From positions 10,310-74,309 of the forward strand of contig NZEV01000035.1 in NCBI GenBank assembly GCA_002690495.1: a DNA stretch of 64,000 bases, given 5' to 3'. The notes under the pieces were generated by a model that did no database searches, was not told where the DNA came from, and was given only the letters and a program-made list of their open reading frames with translations. Made by a program: the position numbers and the translations under genes. The DNA comes from Legionellales bacterium (GTDB taxonomy: Bacteria; Pseudomonadota; Gammaproteobacteria; Comchoanobacterales; Comchoanobacteraceae). Shown here piece by piece: positions 37,979 to 47,485 of the stretch; within the stretch, counting starts at the first letter, position 1; each line of letters opens with the position of its first letter.

Positions 37979-38794
37979 CTATTTTCTTTCCCTTACTCCT
38001 AAATGAGAGGATCCAATAAGATCGACTAAAACGATATGGGGTACTGTTAAAGCAAATAAACCGACAAAAATCAAAGGGACTAATGCATGGTATTGCATTA
38101 AATGATGGTTTAAAAACCAATAACCTGTCATCCCAGACAGCCACACTACACCACATGTTACAATCAATAAATATTTATTTTCTCTTAATAGGCCAGGATT
38201 TTTTCTCAATAATGTATGTATATGCCTAGGCGCATGATAACCGCAAAAATAGATTAAAAACGACCATATTGGGGGGAGTACAACAACGACTAATAAAGTC
38301 AGAAGAAAAATACAATGTTCATTATCTAAATGTTCTTTCCACGCACACTTAAAATATCGACACAAACACAAAATCCATACACAAGCTGCTAATCTGAGTA
38401 TCATTTCAAATGTGACTATATGGTTAAAAACCAATTGTTGAACAATAGGGCTTACTGCTTTCCAATGAATTAATGGTAACACAATTGTAATTAATCCCCC
38501 TGTTGCCACAATTTGAGACCATTCACGAAAGTGTTTTAATCGTCCATAATCTCCAAAATGTAAGGTAGAAATCAAAAAAAACAACACCATCATGATAAAC
38601 GGAAATATCCACCATAAATACACCACAGCACCGACCAAGAGCAGATAGGAGACCACTAGCGTCACCCATAACCCAAATGACTGTTTTGGATACAAACGAG
38701 TGGCAATTTGTTTTAAAAACACAATATCAAAGACACCATGAGGTACTCCGAAAATTAAAATCACCCAAAATGCAATAATCATTTCAATCTGCAT
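37979..38794 (-). CDS. blh: Brp/Blh family beta-carotene 15,15'-dioxygenase (retinal-forming)
   Basis: 271 aa polytopic protein with the four His-containing Blh blocks: FGVPHGVFD, LISTLHFGD, YFCGYHAPRH, FALTVPHIVLVD. Confidence 0.88.
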   Translation of the reverse strand: MQIEMIIAFWVILIFGVPHGVFDIVFLKQIATRLYPKQSFGLWVTLVVSYLLLVGAVVYLWWIFPFIMMVLFFLISTLHFGDYGRLKHFREWSQIVATGGLITIVLPLIHWKAVSPIVQQLVFNHIVTFEMILRLAACVWILCLCRYFKCAWKEHLDNEHCIFLLTLLVVVVLPPIWSFLIYFCGYHAPRHIHTLLRKNPGLLRENKYLLIVTCGVVWLSGMTGYWFLNHHLMQYHALVPLIFVGLFALTVPHIVLVDLIGSSHLGVRERK

Positions 38795-38798
38795 TAGC

Positions 38799-39893
38799 TC
38801 ACCATAACCAAGTTTTTATAAATAACCCCTTCGGCATTGACAAAATCGCCTTGATGATTGAACGAACATGATGACCAATCATAAAGCGGACGAAATAAGG
38901 ATGCCCTAGTTGTTTCATCAACCCCATCAAAATTGCTGGCATTTGCCTTGGGTATCGAGACAACACCTTCAAAAACAACCGATCTAACCAGTTTAACCAA
39001 AATGGGATCACTTTGACAGATCGAATCCGTTTTCCAGATAGTAGATTCAAGAGCAACTGTTCGATTTGGGCTTGTAATCCAAGAAATGCGTAGCCTGTGG
39101 ATAAGCGCATACATTGCCCCGATAAGCCGATCTTTGGAATAGATTGATCGACTGGTTGTGAGTACATTGGGATGATCCCTTCTTCTTCATATTCAATGCG
39201 ACAATCACTTAATGCTAAGTGTAAATGTTTTTTTAACCATTGACAGATCATCTCAAGATAATGTTCTTTGTGTTTACGATAATGCGAAAAATAGGTCGCC
39301 TCTACAAGCAATGTTCGTGGACTCAATGGCAAGACATAGATAAAACAAAATGCATCATCTAAAGGTAGTGTAAAATCCATTAGCCGAACAGTATCATGCG
39401 AAGGATAATCGCTGGGGAGCTCTAGACATAATCCCATAAAATGTTGTTGCATGAGGCCATCTTGAATGGGTTTAGAACGGGTATCGATCACCTGTTTAGC
39501 CAAAAAGACGCCTGAAGCAGTGTCTATTTGATAATGTGATTCACACGCTTCAATATGTAATACTTTTAATATATGACGATGAACTTGAGAGGCTTGTTGG
39601 ATTTGGTGCTCAATATGCTGTTTAAGTGCGAGTCCATTCATTGATCGGTAGACCCAGTCCTGAGACTCATGTACCACTGCATGTGAACTACATTGCATTG
39701 ACCACTTATGCCAAGTTTGATGTACATACTGATGATACCAATGTGTTTGTCCTTTTGGCTCCCAAAATGAAATGGTTTGTGGGCGTTGATCCTCTGGCCC
39801 AATCACTAAAATATGCCGTGTTTCGTGATCTAATAAACGCTTTGCTAGACTCAATCCAGAGATGCCTGCACCTACAATCGCGATATCAAACAT
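38799..39893 (-). CDS. crtY: lycopene beta-cyclase (CrtY type)
   Basis: N-terminal FAD fold DIAIVGAGISGLSLA, a CrtY-type FCFIYVLPLSP segment, and position between crtB and blh. Confidence 0.8.
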   Translation of the reverse strand: MFDIAIVGAGISGLSLAKRLLDHETRHILVIGPEDQRPQTISFWEPKGQTHWYHQYVHQTWHKWSMQCSSHAVVHESQDWVYRSMNGLALKQHIEHQIQQASQVHRHILKVLHIEACESHYQIDTASGVFLAKQVIDTRSKPIQDGLMQQHFMGLCLELPSDYPSHDTVRLMDFTLPLDDAFCFIYVLPLSPRTLLVEATYFSHYRKHKEHYLEMICQWLKKHLHLALSDCRIEYEEEGIIPMYSQPVDQSIPKIGLSGQCMRLSTGYAFLGLQAQIEQLLLNLLSGKRIRSVKVIPFWLNWLDRLFLKVLSRYPRQMPAILMGLMKQLGHPYFVRFMIGHHVRSIIKAILSMPKGLFIKTWLW

Positions 39894-40773
39894 AAGGTAA
39901 GTGTGCTAGTGGACGATGTAAATCAGCATCATGTGGACGAACCTTTAGCTTAACATACTGAATAGGTAAATCGATGATGGTCATTTTTAATTTCTCGAGG
40001 GATGAAATCATCACCCGACCTTGTTGCCAAGCGCACTGTTTTGACAACAAACGATGTCCAATCTTTTGATATAATAGACCTGCCAAAAGCATAGTACGTC
40101 TACTTTTAGGAGGTAAATAACCAAGCCCATTAAACCCTGATTGATAATATTGATCAGCTAATGCCAACAAGCGCCTTATATTTTGGCGCACTTTGAGGTC
40201 AATACAAGAAATGGGGTGTTTTTTCACTGCTCTAATATTCCCTGCAGATACATGGGGGATTGGTAAATAGCGTCGATCTTGATCGGCATCCTCTAAGACA
40301 TCGCGACAAATATTCGTGATTTGCATAGCGATCCCAAGATCAATGGCATGTTTATATGCTTTCTTTGATTTTGCACCTAATATTGGGCACATCATGATCC
40401 CTACCGTACCAGCAACGTGATAGGCATATCTGAGCAAGGCCTCTTGGCTTTCTATGACGACCTTTTTTGTATCCTGGATCACACCCTCAACGAGTGTTTT
40501 TGTCACTTCTGGAGACCAATGATATTCTTGGGATAATCGTTTAAAATCTCTGACCAAAGGTGACATAGATACAGTTTCCTGATGGCTTAACGAATTTTTA
40601 ATTGCTGCCAACTGATCCTCATAATCTGGTGGTTTTTGATCTGCTAAATCATCAATATGTCGACAAAATTGATACAATCTTGCAGCATCTAAGCTTGATT
40701 TTCGATCAAGAAAGGGCCGAGCCCAGTTAAAACTTTTTCCAAATTGAGCTAATACTTTAAAACATTCAAGCAT
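39886..40773 (-). CDS. crtB: phytoene synthase
   Basis: SFNWARPFL...LYQFCRHIDDLAD (first Asp-rich box) and ITNICRDVLEDADQDRRYLP (second box) are squalene/phytoene synthase signatures. Confidence 0.9.
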   Translation of the reverse strand: MLECFKVLAQFGKSFNWARPFLDRKSSLDAARLYQFCRHIDDLADQKPPDYEDQLAAIKNSLSHQETVSMSPLVRDFKRLSQEYHWSPEVTKTLVEGVIQDTKKVVIESQEALLRYAYHVAGTVGIMMCPILGAKSKKAYKHAIDLGIAMQITNICRDVLEDADQDRRYLPIPHVSAGNIRAVKKHPISCIDLKVRQNIRRLLALADQYYQSGFNGLGYLPPKSRRTMLLAGLLYQKIGHRLLSKQCAWQQGRVMISSLEKLKMTIIDLPIQYVKLKVRPHDADLHRPLAHLPYV

Positions 40774-42262
40774 GGGCGAGTGCTCCTTGGGTGGTTTGAT
40801 ACTGTCTGACTAATTTTTCAACTACTTTTGCAGAAGAAACCACACCTGGTAGTCCTGCACCAGGGTGTGTTCCAGCACCTGCAAAGAATAAATTCTTGAT
40901 TGAAGGATCCTGATTATGAAATCTGAAATATGCAGATTGTGTCAAAATTGGTGCAATAGAAAATCCAGCCCCATAAGTACTTAAATAATCTGTTTGAAAA
41001 TCCTCCGGGGTCATCCAAAAAGACGCCTCAATATGTGATTTTAATTGTGGTAGTATTGTTTGATCTAAAGCGTCGATGATCTTTGTTTTAAGTCGTGGTG
41101 CTTCATGTTCCCAATCTACCTTCCCCAAAAGGTTTGGAACTGGACATAACACATAAAACGAGTCACAACCTTGAGGTGCAAATGAGGGATCAGTGGCTGT
41201 TGGACGATGAATATACAATGAGAAATCATCTGCTAAAATCTTTTTATGGAAAATGTCATGCAGTAACGTCTTGTACCGGTGCCCCATCCATATGGTATGA
41301 TGTGCCACCTCTGGCCACTGTTTTGTCGCTCCAAAAAATAATACATACAAACCCATAGAAAACTGAGTGAATTGATCCGGTCGACGAAAAAATTGCCTAG
41401 GTAATTTAGGAAGTAAATGTTGATAAGCAAACGCAGGATCCCCATTAAAGACCATTAAATCACAACTATGAACATGTCCATTTTGATCAATCCATCCAAC
41501 CACTTTATTTTGTTTGACTTGAATCTGTTTCACTTCTTGTTGAAGTTGAATCGTCACCCCCACTTTCAACATCAATTTTTTGAATGCTGCGACTAAGGCT
41601 CCAGTACCTCCCATACAAAAATGAATACCCCATTTTCTTTCTAGAAAGTGAATTAGTGTGTATATTGATGTGGTATCAAATGGATTACCACCCACTAATA
41701 GTGAATGAATACTTAAAGCTTGGCGTAATGAAGGATGTTGAATATAAGTGGCAATTAACTGATACACTGTTTTATAGCTTTGTAACCGAATCAGGCTAGG
41801 TACTTGCTTGACCATGGTACTCAGGGTATTGAAAGGGACATCTGCCAGTTGGGTAAATCCTACATTAAAGATCTTCTCAGACATTGCAACAAGCTTGGCA
41901 TACCCTGCAACATCGTCTTTACAAAACTGACCAATCTCCTCTTCAAATGCCTTTAAATCTGCTTGATACCTAAATGTTCGACCATCTGAAAAATAAAAGT
42001 CATACCATGTTTGCAAGGGTACAATTTGGGCATAATCTTCAATACGTTCATCAAACAAAGCGAATAGTTCTTCGAATAAAAAAGGCGCCGTTAATACTGT
42101 GGGACCTGCATCATGTTTGTACCCACCTCGATGAAAAACACGCGCTCGTCCTCCTAATTGATCTAACCGATCAATGAGCGTCACGTGATATCCAAGTCCT
42201 TTAAGACGCAATGCACTGGCAATACCACCAAAACCCGCACCCACTACTACTGCATGTTTCAA
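40766..42262 (-). CDS. crtI: phytoene desaturase (CrtI type)
   Basis: AVVVGAGFGGIASALRL dinucleotide fold and the C-terminal bacterial-type desaturase signature NLFFAGAGTHPGAGLPGV. Confidence 0.9.
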   Translation of the reverse strand: MKHAVVVGAGFGGIASALRLKGLGYHVTLIDRLDQLGGRARVFHRGGYKHDAGPTVLTAPFLFEELFALFDERIEDYAQIVPLQTWYDFYFSDGRTFRYQADLKAFEEEIGQFCKDDVAGYAKLVAMSEKIFNVGFTQLADVPFNTLSTMVKQVPSLIRLQSYKTVYQLIATYIQHPSLRQALSIHSLLVGGNPFDTTSIYTLIHFLERKWGIHFCMGGTGALVAAFKKLMLKVGVTIQLQQEVKQIQVKQNKVVGWIDQNGHVHSCDLMVFNGDPAFAYQHLLPKLPRQFFRRPDQFTQFSMGLYVLFFGATKQWPEVAHHTIWMGHRYKTLLHDIFHKKILADDFSLYIHRPTATDPSFAPQGCDSFYVLCPVPNLLGKVDWEHEAPRLKTKIIDALDQTILPQLKSHIEASFWMTPEDFQTDYLSTYGAGFSIAPILTQSAYFRFHNQDPSIKNLFFAGAGTHPGAGLPGVVSSAKVVEKLVRQYQTTQGALAHA

Positions 42263-42421
42263 TATTTGATTTAACTCCTAACCCATCTACTTTATCAAGG
42301 TACCAAAATTTTCAAAGATTTACATTGTTTTCGTCTAAGTGATCAATAAATGCATACAAGCAGTACAGAATAACTTGATTTGAGATCAATGACCTAATCA
42401 ATCAATATTCAATGAAGTGAC

Positions 42422-45019
42422 TTATAACTTACCACAACATCGTTTATATTTTTTTCCAGAACCACATGGACAAGTAGCATTTCTAGCTATTTTTTCTTTT
42501 TTTTTTGGCTCTTGAACCGCCGGAATATCAAAGACAGGCTTTGGTATTTCATCGACTATCGTAATGGTGCATAATTTTGAAATTACTTCGTATTTAATAT
42601 TTTTGAGTAATTGTTTGAATAACTCAAATGCTTCTATCTTAAATTCATGAATTGGGTTTTTCTGAGCATACCCTCTAAAGTGAATACCCTGTCTTAAATG
42701 ATCAATTCTTGCCAAATGATCCTTCCATTGCTCATCAAGAACACGCAATAACACCGAACGCTCTAGCTCTTTCACTAAATCTTCGTTTGACTGATTAATT
42801 TTCATTTGATGAATCAACATGAAGCGATCGACTAAAGATGAGATGATAGTTTCATTAGATACTTGTTGATCAACCCATACTTGAGCGTCTTCACTCAATT
42901 GAAAATCTTTTTTCAAACGCGACTCCAAACCTTGGATGTCCCATTGCTCTACTGGCAGATCTTTTACAAAAGACTCGTTCACTAAGTCTGTAAATACAGT
43001 CTTAGCTTGCGATTGAATTACATCTGAAACATCATCTAATCGCATTAGCTCATCTCTTTGTTCGTAAATCAATAGCCTTTGTTCATTCGCGATATTATCA
43101 AACTGCAAAAGCTGTTTTCGAATATCATAATGATGTCCCTCTACTTTACGTTGTGCTTTCTCAATGATGCGATTAAACCAAGGATGTTCTAGTGGTTCAT
43201 CCTCTTTCATACCTGCTTTTTGCATCACGCTCGCAGTCATATCTGTTGCAAAAATGCGCATTAACGAATCATCTAAACTTAAATAAAACCTAGAAGCACC
43301 AGGATCACCTTGTCGACCTGATCGCCCACGTAACTGATTATCAATTCGCCTTGATTCATGCCGCTCTGTTCCCAAAACATACAAGCCACCTACAGCTTTT
43401 ACATCTGCCTGCTGTTTAGCAAAGGTCTCTTTGAGTTGCTTGATTTTTTCAGGATCTGTCAGTTTCATTTTATTCACTGCAAAATTCGCATTACCACCTA
43501 AAATGATATCTGTTCCACGACCCGCCATGTTCGTTGCAATTGTGACTGCATTTGGACACCCTGCTTGAGCAATGATTTCTGCTTCTTCGGCATGATATTT
43601 AGCATTTAAAACTTGGTGTTTAATCTTTTTGTCTTTTAATAACTTCGATAATAACTCTGAATTTTCAATGGAGGTGGTCCCGACTAAAACGGGTTGTCCA
43701 GTTTTTTGCTTTTCAATGATGTCCTCAACAATTTTTTGATATTTCATATTTTTAGTCAAATACAACATGTCCGTACCATCTTTTCGAATCACGGGTTTAT
43801 TTGTTGGGATGACAACAACCTCTAAATTATAAATTTGATGGAGTTCAACCGCTTCAGTATCTGCTGTTCCAGTCATCCCTGAGAGTTTCTTATACATTAA
43901 GAAATAGTTTTGGAAAGTAATTGAGGCCAACGTTTGATTTTCATTTTGAATTTTAACACCCTCTTTTGCCTCAATCGCCTGATGTAATCCATCTGACCAA
44001 CGTCTTCCAGGCATGGCTCGACCAGTATGCTCATCAATAATCACGACTTGATTATCATAAACAATATAATCAACATCTCGACGATACATAAACTGTGCTC
44101 TCAGTGATGCTTGTACGTAATGGAGTAAATTAATATTCTCTTGAGAAAATAATGAATCTTCGGACTTCAGAATCCCTTGTTTTCTCAAACGGGCTTCCAT
44201 TTTGGTATGTCCATCATCAGTTAAAAAGACCTGTTTCTCTTTCTCACTTAATGTGTAGTGACCTGGTTGATGCTCTTTTTCCTCTTTTAAATCCTTCACT
44301 AATGGAAAAATTTGACGATATAATGTTGAGCTGTCTGTAATCTCACCAGAAATAATTAAAGGTGTTCTTGCTTCATCAATGAGGATAGAATCAACCTCAT
44401 CAATAATGGCATAACTATGTCCACGCTGTACCTTCGCCTCAAGTGTTGGAGACATATTATCTCTTAAATAGTCAAAACCAAATTCATTATTTGTCCCATA
44501 GGTGATATCTGCTTGATAGGCTTTTTGACGCTCTTCCTGTGGCATATCGGTATAGATCACACCAGTAGATAATCCTAAGAACCGATAAATCTGCCCCATC
44601 CACTCATTGTCTCTTTGAGCAAGATAACTATTGACTGTCACTACGTGCACACCCTGGCCAGATAATGCATTTAAATAACATGGTAAAGTGGAAGTCAGTG
44701 TTTTACCTTCACCTGTAGACATCTCCGCAATTTTACCATGATGTAAGGCCAAGCCACCCAAAATCTGAACATCATAATGTCGCTCTTTGAGTACTCGTTT
44801 CGCTGTCTCTCTCACTACCGCAAATGCTTCTGGTAATATCTCATCGAGTGTTTGCCCTGATTGTACTCGTTCTTTGAATTCTACAGTCTTTTGTTGAAGC
44901 GCGTCATCACTTAAAGCAGACACTTTTTCTTCAAATGAATTGACCTGAGCCAATATTTGACGGTATTGTTTAATTAGGCGGTCATTTCTTGATCCAAGTA
45001 ATTTTTGAAGTAATCGCAT
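42422..45019 (-). CDS. secA: preprotein translocase ATPase SecA
   Basis: 865 aa. MSTGEGKTL (Walker A), DEVDSILIDEARTPLIISG (DEAD-like), TNMAGRGTDI, and the C-terminal zinc motif CPCGSGKKYKRCCG. Confidence 0.97.
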   Translation of the reverse strand: MRLLQKLLGSRNDRLIKQYRQILAQVNSFEEKVSALSDDALQQKTVEFKERVQSGQTLDEILPEAFAVVRETAKRVLKERHYDVQILGGLALHHGKIAEMSTGEGKTLTSTLPCYLNALSGQGVHVVTVNSYLAQRDNEWMGQIYRFLGLSTGVIYTDMPQEERQKAYQADITYGTNNEFGFDYLRDNMSPTLEAKVQRGHSYAIIDEVDSILIDEARTPLIISGEITDSSTLYRQIFPLVKDLKEEKEHQPGHYTLSEKEKQVFLTDDGHTKMEARLRKQGILKSEDSLFSQENINLLHYVQASLRAQFMYRRDVDYIVYDNQVVIIDEHTGRAMPGRRWSDGLHQAIEAKEGVKIQNENQTLASITFQNYFLMYKKLSGMTGTADTEAVELHQIYNLEVVVIPTNKPVIRKDGTDMLYLTKNMKYQKIVEDIIEKQKTGQPVLVGTTSIENSELLSKLLKDKKIKHQVLNAKYHAEEAEIIAQAGCPNAVTIATNMAGRGTDIILGGNANFAVNKMKLTDPEKIKQLKETFAKQQADVKAVGGLYVLGTERHESRRIDNQLRGRSGRQGDPGASRFYLSLDDSLMRIFATDMTASVMQKAGMKEDEPLEHPWFNRIIEKAQRKVEGHHYDIRKQLLQFDNIANEQRLLIYEQRDELMRLDDVSDVIQSQAKTVFTDLVNESFVKDLPVEQWDIQGLESRLKKDFQLSEDAQVWVDQQVSNETIISSLVDRFMLIHQMKINQSNEDLVKELERSVLLRVLDEQWKDHLARIDHLRQGIHFRGYAQKNPIHEFKIEAFELFKQLLKNIKYEVISKLCTITIVDEIPKPVFDIPAVQEPKKKEKIARNATCPCGSGKKYKRCCGKL

Positions 45020-45062
45020 TTAATCTCTCTGTATAAAAGGATATTTTAACATTTTTTTTTAG

Positions 45063-45467
45063 ATGACAACAGTACCTCCTAAGATAAATCATCTCACAAA
45101 ACACCTCAATGAGAAATTTGGCCTTCGTGATAGTCGTCAAATTCATCATAAAGTCAAACAAATCTTACCAGAAAACGCCAAAAATCAATTTCAAATTATT
45201 CAGCGAGCTGATCACATTACACTCATTATTCACCCTGCATGGCTGACCTGGGCACGATTATCCAAAGAACAAATTAAGTGTTGTCTTCCAAAAGAGACTC
45301 AATTTTCTATTCAGCCATTAATTGAATACACAGCCTTAGAAAGGGAGCCACCACCAGCAACAAAACCAACCATTAATCAAAATGCAAGAGAATGTTTAAG
45401 CCACGCAGCAAAACAATGTAAACATGCTAAATTAAAATCTATCTTAGAACGTCTTTCAAAATACTAG
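45063..45467 (+). CDS. small DUF721/DciA-like protein (tentative)
   Basis: 134 aa basic protein in the secA-lpxC gap, where many non-enteric Proteobacteria carry a DUF721 gene. The pattern ...FQIIQRADHITLIIHPAWLTWARLSKEQI resembles the DUF721 core (strand-strand-helix with conserved W/L). Confidence 0.45.
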   Translation: MTTVPPKINHLTKHLNEKFGLRDSRQIHHKVKQILPENAKNQFQIIQRADHITLIIHPAWLTWARLSKEQIKCCLPKETQFSIQPLIEYTALEREPPPATKPTINQNARECLSHAAKQCKHAKLKSILERLSKY

Positions 45468-46366
45468 GCGGCTTCACAAGTTGGCTCTTCATATAAAGCC
45501 AAGTCTAGATCATAAGCAATATGATAGTTCTTAGGATCAGAAATAATAGCCCTAAGCAGTTGATTATTCAATGTATGTCCAGATTTATGTCCAATAAAAT
45601 GACCAATAATCGGATACTTGAGTAAATACAAATCACCAATTGCATCTAAAATTTTATGTCTAACAAACTCGTCGTGATATCGAAGCCCTCGTTCATTTAA
45701 AATCCCATCATCACCGAGCCAAATTGCATTTTCCATACTTGAACCTAAAGCAAGATTTTGTGCTTTATAAATTTCACGATCTTTTATAAAACCAAATGTT
45801 CTAGCACGGCATAATGCAGTTAAATAAGTGGCTGTTGAAAAATCAAATACTGCTTGTTGATTTTCTTCATTAAAATTTGGATGATCATAATCGATGGAAA
45901 AACTGACCCTAAAGCCATTATGTGGGGAGATAGAACAATATCGCTTACTATCGCCAACAACCACTTCACGATCGATGACCATGAATGGTTTTTTTGCTTG
46001 AGTTTGGTTCACAATACCAGATGATTGAAGTAAAAAGATATATGGAGAGGAACTACCATCCATGATAGGCAACTCGTCATCCGCAACTTCTATATATAAA
46101 TTATCAATGCCCAACCCTGCAACAGCAGATAGCAAATGCTCAACCATACCAATTCGAACATTGCCCTGACCAATACAAGTAGATAGACGCGTATCAACGA
46201 CAGAATCTACAGAAGCAGGAATGTCTATAACTGGATTTTGATCCACCCTCCTAAAAACAACACCAGTATTAACTGGGGCTGGAGCAAGGTTAATCTTGAC
46301 TTTTTTACCAGAATGCACTCCAATGCCAGCAGCAGAAATACTACTTCTTATCGTCCTTTGAAACAT
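45464..46366 (-). CDS. lpxC: UDP-3-O-acyl-N-acetylglucosamine deacetylase
   Basis: MFQRTIRSSISAAGIGVHSGKKV...VEHLLSA...HKSGHTLNN are typical LpxC zinc-ligand and active-site segments. Confidence 0.95.
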   Translation of the reverse strand: MFQRTIRSSISAAGIGVHSGKKVKINLAPAPVNTGVVFRRVDQNPVIDIPASVDSVVDTRLSTCIGQGNVRIGMVEHLLSAVAGLGIDNLYIEVADDELPIMDGSSSPYIFLLQSSGIVNQTQAKKPFMVIDREVVVGDSKRYCSISPHNGFRVSFSIDYDHPNFNEENQQAVFDFSTATYLTALCRARTFGFIKDREIYKAQNLALGSSMENAIWLGDDGILNERGLRYHDEFVRHKILDAIGDLYLLKYPIIGHFIGHKSGHTLNNQLLRAIISDPKNYHIAYDLDLALYEEPTCEAA

Positions 46367-46367
46367 G

Positions 46368-47477
46368 TTAAGACTCTTCTTCTTGCCTTAAAAAAGCGGG
46401 CACATCTAACACATCTGTCTCAATTTGCTCTTCTGAATCTAGAATCGGTTGAGGCACTGTGCGGTTAAATGATGGTCGATCAGCTCGACCTAAAGCACTT
46501 CTTTGTGAAAATAGTCGTCTTGAACCGGTTTGTGATTCAAGACCAGTCACCACAACAGTGACCTTTAACTCGTCATTTAATTCTGGGTCAACCACTGTTC
46601 CAACTACGACTGTCGCACTATCTGTTGTGAAATGTCTGATCGTATCACCGACCGACTCAAACTCACCAATCGTCATATCAAGACCACCACTAATATTGAC
46701 CAATACGCCTTTAGCTCCTGATAAATCAATATCCTCTAGGAGTGGACTTGATAAAGCTGCTTCAGCGGCCTCTCGAGCACGCATATCACCTTTAGCAGAA
46801 CCACTACCCATCATAGCCATTCCCATTTCAGTCATAACAGTTTTTACATCAGCAAAGTCAACATTAATCAGACCAGGACGAGTAATCAGATCAGAAATAC
46901 CTTGAACTGCGCCTTTTAGCACCATATTTGCTGAACGAAATGCACTGACCAAAGAAACACTTTTACCCAGTACAGATAACAACTTGTTATTAGGCACAAT
47001 AATTAATGAATCGACGTTTTTGCTGAGTAACTCTATACCTGTTGCCGCATGCTGCATTCGCTTTGATCCCTCAAACGAAAATGGTTTAGTGACCACAGCC
47101 ACTGTCAGAATACCTAATTCTTTGGCAACTTCAGCAAACACTGGCGTCGCACCAGTACCAGTGCCGCCACCCATACCAGCAGCAAGAAAGAGTAAATCCG
47201 TACCCTTAACAATATCATAGATTTGATCCTTACTTTCTTCCGTTGCTTGTCGTCCAATTTCTGGATCAGCACCAGCACCCAGTCCTTTTGTTAACTCATC
47301 ACCCAGTTGCAACTTGTTTTTTATTGTTGATTTTGCAAGTGCCATAGCATCTGTATTTGCAACCCAAAAATCGACGTCCTGAATTTCAGCTGCCATATCT
47401 ACGATCGCATTACCACCGCCACCGCCAACACCAATAACTTTAATTACTGCTTTATGTTCATTTATTAATTCGCTCAT
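46368..47477 (-). CDS. ftsZ: cell division protein FtsZ
   Basis: IKVIGVGGGGGNA and the tubulin signature GMGGGTGTGATP. The C-terminal DVPAFLRQ peptide is the FtsA/ZipA-binding tail. Confidence 0.97.
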   Translation of the reverse strand: MSELINEHKAVIKVIGVGGGGGNAIVDMAAEIQDVDFWVANTDAMALAKSTIKNKLQLGDELTKGLGAGADPEIGRQATEESKDQIYDIVKGTDLLFLAAGMGGGTGTGATPVFAEVAKELGILTVAVVTKPFSFEGSKRMQHAATGIELLSKNVDSLIIVPNNKLLSVLGKSVSLVSAFRSANMVLKGAVQGISDLITRPGLINVDFADVKTVMTEMGMAMMGSGSAKGDMRAREAAEAALSSPLLEDIDLSGAKGVLVNISGGLDMTIGEFESVGDTIRHFTTDSATVVVGTVVDPELNDELKVTVVVTGLESQTGSRRLFSQRSALGRADRPSFNRTVPQPILDSEEQIETDVLDVPAFLRQEEES

Positions 47478-47485
47478 TGTAACTC

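Noticed and set aside
37953-39114. Alternative-frame minus-strand ORFs (37953-38156 and 38794-39114) overlapping blh and crtY
   Set aside because: They lie out of frame within genes that have strong family signatures, and nothing independently supports them as coding.
46459-47220. Plus-strand ORFs of 148 aa and 78 aa (46459-46905, 46984-47220) inside ftsZ
   Set aside because: They are antisense to an unambiguous ftsZ reading frame. Their translations are low-complexity (S/T/P/V-rich), as expected from reading a Gly/Ala/Val-rich gene backwards.
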